From Octopus bimaculoides (lineage: Eukaryota), in the NCBI RefSeq assembly GCF_001194135.2, contig NC_068982.1, positions 54,182,752 to 54,215,114 of the forward strand: 32,363 bases of DNA, read 5' to 3'. The position numbers were made by a program, and so were the translations under genes. The notes under the pieces are model-generated. The model worked only from the letters and a program-made list of their open reading frames with translations. It was not told the origin of the DNA and made no database searches. This document shows, piece by piece, positions 10,081 through 21,240 of this stretch (position 1 is the first letter of the stretch; each line of letters starts with the position of its first letter).

Positions 10081-11139
10081 CCCTGCTTATATAATACATA
10101 TAAGAAAAAAATTCCTACTTACGGATCAAACCACAACCAAGAGTGTCACTTGGAGATAGCAATGATTATTGTTTGTGTGGAGAAAATATAGGTAAAGAGT
10201 GAGTTCCAGAAAACTGCAGGTTTTGGCAGGATGGATTAAGTAAAAGATTTTTCTTTGCTTTTGCATGGGTTTGCGGAATAACAAAAAAATTAGAGACAGG
10301 TGCAGAGAACTGATTTATGCAGTAACAAGCAGAGTAGAAGATATTATAGTTATGGTAGTGGAGAGACAGATAGAGAGGGTGGGGAGTCAAACAAACAGAA
10401 CGAAAGAGAACAAGCTTTGCGTTTGTGGTTATAATGTGTTGGTTAGCTTTTACTAATTAAATTAGCAGCGTGACTTTTTGACAGGCGAGGATGTTTGTAT
10501 CTGCAGTAGCAATGACTGTAGATATGTGAGCTGCACTTTAATGTTAACGTCCTTGACAAGCTGTAGAAGTTCAACGGCAGATATAAAAGTGAAGTATTTT
10601 GTAGCTCTGAGAAGCCAGTCTAACCTTTGAGAAACAGTTTTGATAATGTTATAGATACGTGGTTGAGCGATTTAGTTATATGCTGTTCGGGCATTGGGAG
10701 TGTATACAGTAACAGGACAGGTTTTTGTCGATCTATACAGTGATGGTGTTGCTGTGCTGTTGTCGTGTCAGTGTATATTTTTGCGTTCACGCCAGTCTGG
10801 CGTAAGGTATCAGAGGTCGTACAATTTTGACATGTCTCTGCAAAAGGTTAAGGAAAACTGAAAAGTCGTCTCGACTACGTTCAATTATATGAAGTTAGAC
10901 GCGGCAGCGAACATTGATTTGCATTATGATAATAAATTTACGAATAGTACATCAACTCGCACACCCTCACATTTGCTCTCCTTATTTGACTACACCTAAA
11001 TACACAAGCAAACGAGGAACGGTCATATGATCAACTAAATATCTACAAATAGCATGAAAATCACTTTTACATCACATGCTCCCTTATTAAACAAGGCAGC
11101 ACACGTTATATGACGTAGCCGTAGATAAACCACAAAAAG

Positions 11140-11582
11140 TTCAGGATATTCATAGTTAGTATGAGAAATAGCAGCCAAATTACCCTTCTTATTTCTTTAT
11201 TGCCCACAAGGGGCTAAACATAGAGGGGACAAACAAGGACATATAAAGGGACTAAATCGATTACATCGACCCCAGTGCGTAACTGGTACTTAATTTATCG
11301 ACCCCGAAAGGATGAAAGGCAAAGTCGACCTCGGCGGAATTTGAACTCAGAACATAACGGCAGACGAAATACTGCTAAGCATTTCGCCCGGCGTGCTAAC
11401 GTTTCTGCCAGCTCGCCTCCTTCTATCACACACTTAATTACCCTTCTATCACACACCTGAGTACATGGTAGATAATATAGAGCTTGAATCAGTATCCCAA
11501 AAGATACCAGCATGGCCACAGCTGGAATACCATTGCTCAAATGTTTCCTCGATCAGGGCTGCCCAGGGATAAAACAACTTCA
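11140..11582 (+). mobile_element. Old interspersed repeat (family E), split by the SINE A insertion at 11190-11420
   Basis: AGAAATAGCAGCCAAAT head-side motif and GATCAGGGCTGCCCAGGGATAAAACAAC tail. Similar motifs recur at ~24645-24830 and ~26185-26310. Confidence 0.4.
11190..11420 (-). mobile_element. SINE family A, full-length young-looking copy with 12-bp TSD
   Basis: Intact A and B boxes, core, and a tail ending GGGCAATAAAGAAATAA; AATTACCCTTCT at 11178-11189 and 11436-11447. Confidence 0.93.
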
Positions 11583-11654
11583 ATACACAAACACAAATAT
11601 TTCGATAGTTAAGCGTTATACGAGCGTGTACACACACCAAAACAAAAACAAACA

Positions 11655-11656
<2 letters not shown>

Positions 11657-11716
<60 letters not shown>

Positions 11717-11750
11717 NNNNNNNNNNACACACACACACACACATACATAC
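11657..11750. repeat. (CA)n microsatellite containing a 10-N gap
   Basis: Read directly from the sequence. Confidence 0.95.
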
Positions 11751-12443
11751 ATAACTTTATACATGTGTGTATGTACGTGTGTGTGTGTGTAGGGGTACAA
11801 GTGTGTGTGCATGTATGTATGTGTTTGTGAAAATAAGTTAATTCGTATGTGTATGCGCGTATGTAAAGCGTTAATGGATGTATTTATGTAACTGTGGATC
11901 TCACTGTGTCGGTATTGTATGCTTTTAAAATATTCAGCTGCACACAACAGCAGGAGTATATATATATATACACGAAACAGCTTGCTTAATTCGGTCAACT
12001 ATTAGCTCAGTTTTCTCATCAACACTTGAAAACAAAACTAATACAATAAATAATAACACGGTCAACGACCGCTGCTATACTTAATAGAGACGCTTCCACC
12101 ACCACATTTTCACATCACCCTATCGCTCTGTCCTCTCTCTCTTTCTCACTTCGTATGCGCGTGTGTTCGCGCGCGCGCGCGTATTTGTGCATGTATGCCT
12201 CTACGTGTCTTTGCATACACACACACACACGTTCTCCTCTCACTTCCTCTGTTTTTTCCTTGTCATTTATCTCTCGCCTTAATTTATTTCTCACTTTGCA
12301 TCCCGCCCTTCATATATTTTCTCTCTATTCATGCACAAACTTACGCACATACACACACACACATGCGCAAACGCCCTATCTTAAGACAGCATTCATTCCG
12401 TCATTTTCCCAGCCCCCGCCCCCCCCCTACCACTTTCATTGTT

Positions 12444-12535
12444 TATGTGTATGTATGTATGTATGTACGAATGTATGTATGTATGTTTGTATGTATGTAT
12501 GTATGTATGTATGTATGTATGTATGAATGTATGTG

Positions 12536-12567
<32 letters not shown>

Positions 12568-12790
12568 GGTAGGTAGGTATCTCTCTATGAGCCTATGAGC
12601 ATATATTTATGCGTGTATGTATCTCTGTATATATATGTGTATGTGTGAGGATACATACATATATACATATATATACATTTGTATGTATGTAAGTATGTAT
12701 GTATGTATGTATGTATGTATGTGAGTGTATGTGCATGTATGTATGTATGTATGTGTGTATGTATGTATATGTGTGTGTGTATGTAATGTT
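12444..12790. repeat. Degenerate (GTAT)n microsatellite block
   Basis: Read directly from the sequence. Confidence 0.9.
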
Positions 12791-13299
12791 TATAACACAT
12801 CCACCAACTGATATATGCCATAAAAATAAAGCACTCAATATGAAAAGTTAAAGAGTTAAATTACTGATGTATGTATTTATAAAGTGTTGCTAATTCATTG
12901 CTTTACTTAAAGTTTCATATCAAATTCCGAAACAAATATCCATCTTAAGAGCCCCTGGCCCATGTCAAGTAAATGATGTATCACTGAAATCAAAAGATAG
13001 TTTCTTTTCGCTTGTATTTAGGGCATGTTAAATATTGGGGGAAATCTCGATTACTTCGTTAAATTCACAAAATATTTTAAATGGATGACGACAGATAAAG
13101 TAATTAAAGAGCTTATGAAAACTGGAGCAGTTAAAATTTCAATCAAAATTAATGGAACATTAGGGAGAACATGATAAGGAACTTACGGCTTTAGAGCGAA
13201 AAGTATACAGTTATTGTTTGATAGTAAGATAATATAACATAAATGGTGCTAAAAATTTAGATAGATGCAGGGCAACAGAGTCTCTGCACTACCATATAT

Positions 13300-13420
13300 T
13301 TTCATACCCACACACAAATATAAATTTATATTCTTGGCAACTGCTCACAGTTAGTTGCATAAAACTATTTTACCTGTGTACTTGGACTTTTCGAAAGCTT
13401 CAGATTTGGAATTTAGATAT
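13300..13420 (+). mobile_element. Possible CR1/L2-type RT fragment
   Basis: VYLDFSKASD at 13376-13405 resembles the VYLDFSKAFD RT motif; no convincing extension. Confidence 0.3.
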
Positions 13421-13905
13421 TCAACCGGTTTCAGTGCATAATTAAGGACAGCCTTTTCTCTGTAGTGAGCACGTCACAATCTATTTCTGCTATTTTTATA
13501 AACCTTTTGTTTTTATAAAACCATTTTGCAACAGTCTTCCAGCTTGAAGGCTCAATGACCAAATGTAAATCGTGTTTTGTTGTATGTCGCTAATTAGTGT
13601 TTCTGAATGCAGAGGTATGTATCATTGTCATACTTTTTGCAAATCCCTTTCGGTCATGCTTTCAGAATATACGGTCACATCAAGGATCGTGCAAGCAAAA
13701 GTACCATACTTATATCAAATGCACAAATCTTTTAATCCAAGCTAAGTCCTTATCAAAATGCAGAGTCTTCTGGGCTTGCACTATATTCTTTGTGGGGCTA
13801 TGAATTATAACATGCTGATTTCGATAATTTTAGCGTTGTGTTCGATAATATTAGTAACTATTATCGATACAAGTGATAAGGTAGTACTTTTATTTAACTG
13901 GTAAA

Positions 13906-14102
13906 TTTTGGCACAAGGCCTGCAAAGGTGGTAAGAAGATTACATCGACCACAATATTCAACTGGTACTTATTTTGTCAACCTCGAAAGGATGAAAAGCA
14001 AAGTCGACTTCGGCAAAATTTGAACTCAGAACGTAAAGCCAGATGAAATGCTGCTAAGAATTTTGCCCAGATGGGCTGATAATTCAGTCAACTTGCTGCT
14101 TT
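13906..14102 (-). mobile_element. SINE family A (diverged), array copy 1
   Basis: GATTACATCGAC, CTGGTACTTATTTT, GGATGAAAAGCAAAGTCGAC and ATTTGAACTCAGAACG blocks. Confidence 0.82.
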
Positions 14103-14121
14103 TCGGTTGGTTAATATTAGC

Positions 14122-14312
14122 TTCAAATTTTGGGACAATGCCAGCAATTTAGGAGGAGTGAATAAGCTGATTACATCAACCCCAGTGCTCAACTGTTACT
14201 TACATTATCGACCCTGAAAGATTGAAAGGTAAAGTGGACCCCGGCGGGATTTGAATTCAGAATGTAAAGACGGACAAAATGCCCTAAGCACTTTGCCCGA
14301 TGTGCTGTCAAC
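14122..14312 (-). mobile_element. SINE family A (diverged), array copy 2
   Basis: Same core and B-box blocks; extreme 5' head lost. Confidence 0.82.
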
Positions 14313-14335
14313 TGGTTAATGTTAATAACCCTTCA

Positions 14336-14549
14336 AAGGCAGTGAGCTGGCAGAATCGTTTTCACCCTGGGGAGAAATGCTTACCAGCGTTTAGTCCGTC
14401 TTTACGTTCTGAGTTCTAATTCCAACGAGGTGGACATTGCCTTTCATCTTTTCAGAATCGATAAAATAAATGCCTTGTTGAGCACTGGGATTGATGTAAT
14501 CGACTTACCTCTTCCCACAATTACTGGCCTTGAGCCAGAACATGAAACC
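14336..14549 (+). mobile_element. SINE family A, array copy 3
   Basis: GAGCTGGCAGAATCG head, GTTCTGAGTTC, GATGTAATCGACTT, tail GGCCTTG...GAAACC. Confidence 0.85.
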
Positions 14550-14566
14550 AATATTAATAGCCCTTC

Positions 14567-14751
14567 GAAGGCGGCGAGCTGGCAGAATCGTTGGCATGCC
14601 GGGCAAAACTATTAGCGGCAATTCGCTCGTCTTTAAGTGCATTCAAATTCCGCCGAAGTCGATATAATGAGTACCAGTTGAGCACTAGGGACGATGTAAT
14701 CGACTTAACTACACCCTCGAACTTACTGGCCTTGTACCAAAATTTGAAACC
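14567..14751 (+). mobile_element. SINE family A, array copy 4 (internal deletion)
   Basis: GGCGGCGAGCTGGCAGAATCG head, TTCAAATTCCGCCG, GATGTAATCGACTT, tail CCAAAATTTGAAACC. Confidence 0.85.
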
Positions 14752-14931
14752 CAAATAAATAACCCCTCCTAATGTATACTACAGATCTTTTATTGTTCCT
14801 TTTAAGTTTCCTGCTAACAAATTCAGATTTAGCTAGCATTACAGTCTAAAAGTAATTACCAGTCAAGTATTGAGCTTCTTCATTCCTTTTATATTGACCT
14901 TGTATCTTATGGCAAGAATCATTATGTTTTG

Positions 14932-15040
14932 TAGAGGTCAAATTTGTCTTTCATTCTTTCACAGTCAATAAAACAACAGACAAATACTGAGGTCCATATA
15001 ACTGGTTACCTCTCTTCCCACAAAATCTGGCGTTGTGCCT
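14932..15040 (+). mobile_element. SINE family A, highly diverged 3' fragment
   Basis: GAGGTCAAATTTGTCTTTCATTCTTT...CCCACAAAATCTGGCGTTGTGCC aligns by eye to the core and tail. Confidence 0.5.
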
Positions 15041-15094
15041 ATGTTATATAATCATTACTATCATCATCATCATTATTATTTAAAACAATCTCCC

Positions 15095-15138
<44 letters not shown>

Positions 15139-15649
15139 TTCTTCTGTTTTTATCTCTTATTACTATCAATTACAGCCTTCCTATTAAGTGCTAAGCGTAT
15201 CCACCCTTTAGCAACACACAAGCACATACATATACGCATGTGTATAGACACGCAAATACACACATAAACACACTCAAAAATAAGCAAAACACAAATGCAA
15301 TAAACTGTTGAAATGACGTCACGTATACATACATACTTACACATACATGTATACACACACACACATACACACGCACACACGTAGCACATGTTTCCAATTA
15401 CTTAACAATAGTACTACTCTTACAGATAACGACTAACTTGGGTCATTTTATGCTACTAGTACTTTTAGTGAAGCCGTCAACAGAACAAACACGTCTTGTT
15501 TTCATCCCTTAGACCACGTTGAAAATCAAAGATCAATAATATATCTATAAATATTGTTCAGGATGTTCATTTTTTTCCAAATAAACACACGCACTTATAT
15601 ATTCTTTCTTCACTTCAGCTTTCTTATTATTCTTATTTTACTGCCCTTT

Positions 15650-15685
15650 GAAATTCTTTCGTCACACATTGTGTGACCTCTTCAG
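15650..15685 (-). ncRNA. Hammerhead-ribozyme-like motif with intact core boxes and 7-bp stem II
   Basis: Minus strand CTGAAGA-G-GTCACAC-AAT-GTGTGAC-GAAA-GAATTTC; no stem I pairing found locally. Confidence 0.5.
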
Positions 15686-15752
15686 CGACCCTCCATCCCA
15701 CGTGTCTTCACTTGTTCTGTTTAGTCCTACTGTATACATGTATATATATACA

Positions 15753-15967
15753 TTGGTTTCAAATTTTTGGCACAAGGCTAGCAATTATAGGGGAGAAGTA
15801 AGTCGATTCCATCGACCATAGTGTTCAACTGGTACTTGTTTTATCGACCCCGAAAGATGACAAGCAAAGTCGACCTCGGCGAAGTTTGAACTCAGAACGG
15901 AAAGAAAAACGAAATTCCGCTAAGCATTTCGTCCGGCATGCTAACGATTTTGCCAACTCGCCTCCTT
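15753..15967 (-). mobile_element. SINE family A, full length
   Basis: Head GCCAACTCGCCTCCTT, B box, core, tail GGTTTCAAATTTTTGGCACAAGG. Confidence 0.88.
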
Positions 15968-16009
15968 ATACATGTATACATACATACACACATGTATGTG
16001 TCTGTGTTT

Positions 16010-16430
<421 letters not shown>

Positions 16431-16457
16431 ATACAAGCATATAAGTGTTTTTTTTTT

Positions 16458-16509
<52 letters not shown>

Positions 16510-16511
16510 TT

Positions 16512-16872
16512 ATCTTTTTATTGTTTCAGTCATTTGGCTGTGACCATGCTAGAGCACCGTCCTTGAGGGTTTTAGTTGAACAAATCAACCCCAGGACATT
16601 TTTTAAGTCTAGTACTTATAATCTCGGTCTTTTCTTTTCTTTCCTTTTTTCGCCGAACCAATAAGTTACAGAAACACACAAACAGCGGTTGTCACGCAGT
16701 AGTCGTAGACAAACACAGACACAAAAACAACACAAAAACACAACTATCTATCTATCTATCTATCTATCTTTAGCCAGCGCTAGGGCTATGGTAGAAGACA
16801 CTTGCCACGCAGTGGGACTGAACCCGGAACCATGTGGTAGGCAAGCAAGCTTCTAATCACACAGACACGCCT
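16512..16872 (-). mobile_element. tRNA-derived SINE family B (CORE-like, central microsatellite), near full length
   Basis: Reverse-strand head with GGTTCCGGGTTCAGTCCCACTGCG, central (CTAT)n, tail GACTGAAACAA. Confidence 0.85.
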
Positions 16873-16987
16873 TCGCCTACCTATATATATAAGCTGAAAG
16901 CTTATAGCGATTACCGTGCAATGACTAAGGAAAATAGTCTAATAAAGGGGCGTATAAGCCCTCGACACAAAAAAGAAGGCTTTTCTA

Positions 16988-17048
16988 TCCGCGTGGGAGT
17001 CGAACCTATATCCCTTTATTAACGCGACTAAGTGTGTTACATTTACAC

Positions 17049-17050
<2 letters not shown>
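16988..17050 (-). other. tRNA-like remnant (A and B boxes) abutting (GT)n
   Basis: Minus strand TGGTGTAAATG ... GGTTCGACTCCC ACGCGGA; the 5' acceptor strand is missing and no clean cloverleaf forms. Confidence 0.35.
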
Positions 17051-17091
<41 letters not shown>

Positions 17092-17519
17092 CGTGTGCAT
17101 GTACGTATACCCATACACTCACAAACAGATGTACACCCATATATGGCCAGATTTGTGAGGATATCAGTTTGTCTATACATGTATGCACTTTTATGCGGGC
17201 TGCGAGGGAGGCGTGCACCCCTCCCGATGTGCATAGAAGTAATAAATATGTTGACACCAGACATGCCTGATGTCTGTCGACGATCGTTCATTGCTCGAAG
17301 CGAGCAGGAAGTCAACAATACTTGAGATTACAGTTTTTATTTTATTATTATTATTATTATTATTATATCGTGAGAGGTGTACTTTTTATCAACCAATCTC
17401 TGCAGTGATTAGGGATGTGCACTTCTGAGAAAAGGAATGGTTTAAAACTACAACACTATATACTAAACATGTATACTACATGAGGTTCAGAGGTCTGTCT
17501 TCCTGGACTCATCTAAACC

Positions 17520-17896
17520 ATTACCGTTTATGTAATCGCATAATGATTATATACACTAATAATCATATACATATACATACATTCGTACGTGTATAAATAT
17601 ATATATGTGTATATGTGTGTATGCATGCATGTGTGTGTGCATGCATATGCATATGCATCTGTATATGAATAATCATATATTCTTACATAAACACTCACAG
17701 GTACACACGCAGACACACACACATACACACACACACATACACTCACATATACTAGCAAACACATGTACATACACACTGCCCTGAACAGTTTCCTTTTGTA
17801 CTTCATATATTCGTACTATGAAGGTTACGCCCATTCCAGCCAGTTGCTTTTTGATTACGAATACAGCAAACAAGTGAAAAACACAAGGCGTGTATG

Positions 17897-17935
<39 letters not shown>

Positions 17936-18110
17936 GCACACATACAAACATACACACGCCCAAGTATATACTGAGAGGCGCACATAGTTGTATGCGTGCA
18001 TGTATATATATGTACTCATACACATATGCATACACATACACAAACACACACACACAATACATACATATACATACACACACACTCAAACTCGCACACATAT
18101 GTGTTGTACT
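17520..18110. repeat. Degenerate (TA/CA/TG)n low-complexity region with a (TA)n run
   Basis: Read directly from the sequence. Confidence 0.85.
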
Positions 18111-18207
18111 CGTGTAGTTGGGAAAATGCCCATGACTTGTAAGTTAAATTGTTTAATGTTTTACTTGAAGATTGATAAGTCGGCATCTGCAGGTAAAATA
18201 TGAAGCG

Positions 18208-18256
18208 AGGTGTAGGAGTGGCTGTGTGGTAAGTAGCTTGCTTACGAACCACATGG
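18208..18256 (+). mobile_element. SINE family B head, cut by an N gap
   Basis: GGAGTGGCTGTGTGGTAAGTAGCTTGCTTACGAACCACATGG. Confidence 0.85.
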
Positions 18257-18363
18257 NNNNNNNNNNGGGTGGGGAGAGGGCTCGGACAAAAATTAAAAAA
18301 AAATTATATTATGTATATTGTTTAAATTAGTTGGACTGATGTCCTCATCTTGATTGTTACTTT

Positions 18364-18407
18364 CACTATGTTTTGGCTGTTGTACACTCCAGCCTTCTTC
18401 AAGTGTC
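18364..18407 (-). ncRNA. Decayed minimal type I hammerhead-ribozyme-like motif
   Basis: Minus strand CAC-TTGAAGA-A-GGCTG-GAGTGTACAA-CAGCC-AAAA-C-ATA/GTG; 5-bp stem II, CAC/GTG stem I, three transitions from consensus. Confidence 0.45.
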
Positions 18408-19038
18408 TTAATTTCATTATTTGTAAAATCATATAGCATAAATAATTTTGGGCAAGCTCAAGTGATTGAACTCAACTTTACCCCAACATCACCTTCAGAA
18501 TATATTGATGATCCATTGGAGAAAATCTAATAGACTCTCTAATACAGTGGTCCCAACCTGCTGCCCTTTAAGTAAACGGATTATGTTGCTCCTGTGAAGT
18601 TTTGAATTATACTTGAGCATAGAGAGATCACTGTCAGCAAGTAAAATAATATTCAAAGTGTGTATGGAGATTCTTATTTATTAGAGCCTTCTCATTACAA
18701 TTGTACAAGCTACCTTAAAAATCAGTTTGACTGCATGACAATACTTTAGCATGATTTCAAAGGAACAGTTATACAACCATTAGCAATATCTTGCCAGCAT
18801 TGTGTGCTGAGAGGAAGACTGAGAGCAGTTGTTGGAGGAAAGGTAGGCTGGCAGTGTGTCAGTTAAACCTGGAAAAAATCACTTGCGTGCAAATGCAAGT
18901 TGTGGATGCAAAAAAGAAGCTTGTTAATTGTATTGGTGAATTTATTTTGTAATTGACAGTTGTCTGCTAAGGTCATGTTAGCCTCCCCATCTCAGTAGGC
19001 TCTCAGATCACTTACTCATTTTATTTGTTCCTTTATAT

Positions 19039-19405
19039 AAAGCTTGCTTCCCAATCACATGGTTCTGGGTTCAGTTTCACTGCATGGCACCTTGGGCAAG
19101 TGTCTTCTATAACTTCAGGCCAACCAAATCCTTATAAGTACTCTCTCTCTCTCTTTACATATATATATATATATATATATATATACATTTAGTGTGTATG
19201 TATTTGTCACCCTGCCATTGCTTGGTAATTGATGCTGGTGTGTTTGTCCCTGTAACTTAGCGGTTCAGCAAAAGAGACCAATAGAATAAGTACCAGGATT
19301 ACAAAGAATAAGTCCTGGGGTCAATTTCTTCGACTAAAACCCTTCAAGGTGGTACTTCAGCATGGCTGCGGTCAAATGACTGAAACAAGTAAAAGAGTAA
19401 AAGAG
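19039..19405 (+). mobile_element. SINE family B, near full length with central (CT)n(TA)n
   Basis: GGTTCTGGGTTCAG, GGCACCTTGGGCAAGTG (CORE-like), GAATAAGTACCAGG...CCTGGGGTC, tail GACTGAAACAAGTAAAAGAGTAAAAGAG. Confidence 0.88.
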
Positions 19406-19599
19406 GGCAATGGGCAGAGAGAGATGATGCTCGAGTTAAGAAAGTAAAGTTGGACATGGAGATTGATGAGGATAGGAAGCTACAAGGCTTTGTCGAGTGG
19501 GTTGTGGAGGAGAGATTAAGCGAGCAGTCGTTAGAATAAGCACATTAGAGGAAAAAGAACGTCTTTGGGCCAGATTCCCAAGGGAGTTCATGCATCGGC

Positions 19600-20260
19600 C
19601 TTTACTAATCCTTATTTTGATTACCTTATTCCAATTGTTTTTTAGGAATGTGTGTGTAACAACAGATTTGAGAGCAATACTTTACTTATTTGGGTGGCTA
19701 TGAGGATTTATCTCGTGTGCTTTTCTAGGATAGTGACACTGAATGTATATGAGCAGTCATAATGAATTTGTGCTAGTTAAAGACACTAGGTTGTCGACCC
19801 TCGACGAACGGCTATTGTTCATCGAAGTGTTGCAGGTTTAGTGTGAGTTGCATGTGAATGATTCATGTTTGAAGAGAGTAGGTAAATATTTCTATATCTA
19901 TGTAAAGCACAGTTTTGCTAGAGGTGACAATAAGATCTTCCAAAAAATTAATGAACAGCTTACAAATGAAATACTCGTCTGATTATGTCAAGACAAAAAC
20001 ATTCGTTTTTTACTAAATATTTTAAGTGTGCAGGAAGAGAGTTGAGCCACAAGGGTGGGATGCATATATTAGTTTCTATAGAATCTAGACTTGTAGTTAC
20101 TTTGAAAGAAAAAGAAGGTAAGAGATTCTCAAAATGTTTCCAATGATAAAGAAGTTCTGTTTCTTGGAGATGAGACACAGCGTACGTGACATTAACAAGC
20201 CACCACGGTGAAATGCGCATCTATCGCTTTAGCAGTTACTTCTAGGACGATTACGTTTTG
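19600..20260 (-). mobile_element. Probable Penelope-like element remnant (RT end, linker, GIY-YIG)
   Basis: Frameshifted colinear pieces LEVTAKAIDA, IGNILR, FYRN...TLVAQLSS, TSSKTVLYI, MNNSRSS (19805-19822), FSVTILEK (19720-19743). Confidence 0.4.
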
Positions 20261-20368
20261 TCTACCTCTGAAGTATATTGTTTCTTTAACACAATAAAGG
20301 GATTTTTCTCGGAGAAAAAAACGCAGTTTCTGGTTTTTCAACAATACGCATACGTTATTTATGCAGAT

Positions 20369-20429
<61 letters not shown>

Positions 20430-20628
20430 AAGAATGTGAGGAAGCAATATTCCCGTAAGGGATTATTAAAAAAAACAATCCAGAAGCCAACTGGGTTTAA
20501 CCAAATATATTGATAGAAATTTCCTCAATATATATGTATAAAATGAACCAACCATCTTTTATATTTTTCTTCTCCATTTTCTTTAATTGACTTTATACAC
20601 ACATACGCGCGCGCACGCACACACACAC

Positions 20629-20666
<38 letters not shown>

Positions 20667-21240
20667 CGCTATACGTTTACTTCTGTCACATTCCTCTTGT
20701 CTTTCCGTTAATTTTCTTCCTTCACAGCACTTTATTTTTGAACTAGTGTTGTATTGCATTCATTACATACTCTTGTTCATTACTTTCTTCCACATTATAG
20801 CATCTCACACCCTTACATCTATCAATCTCCACACACACAGAATGCATTCCTATATCCTTTTACAGAACGCTTGCGTCCGATTCCACTTCCTCACTTCTAC
20901 ATTTTCCTCAGATACACTTCAGCAATTTATTCTTGAACATCCTGCAGAGATGTTCAAAAGATGAATTCTCTTTAGTGATTAAATGTTTGTGCTGCACGTA
21001 AGCTATACGTCAGACGTCGAAGTGGTCGCAGAGGAGCGTGAGGTTATGTATTTTGCTGAAGAACGCCACGTACCGCTCGAACCGGAAATCTAACCGACGA
21101 TTTCGCGATTGTGAGTACACCTTTACCACTAGGTCATAGGCCGTCTCAAATAAATAAAGAAGTGTGTGTTCGTGTGCGCGCGCGCGTGTGTGCGTACGTA
21201 TACATATATGCAAGATCATGCACATACATACATATATACA

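Noticed and set aside
18545-18559. CAGTGGTCCCAACCT, a hAT-like TIR
   Set aside because: No partner TIR or TSD found.
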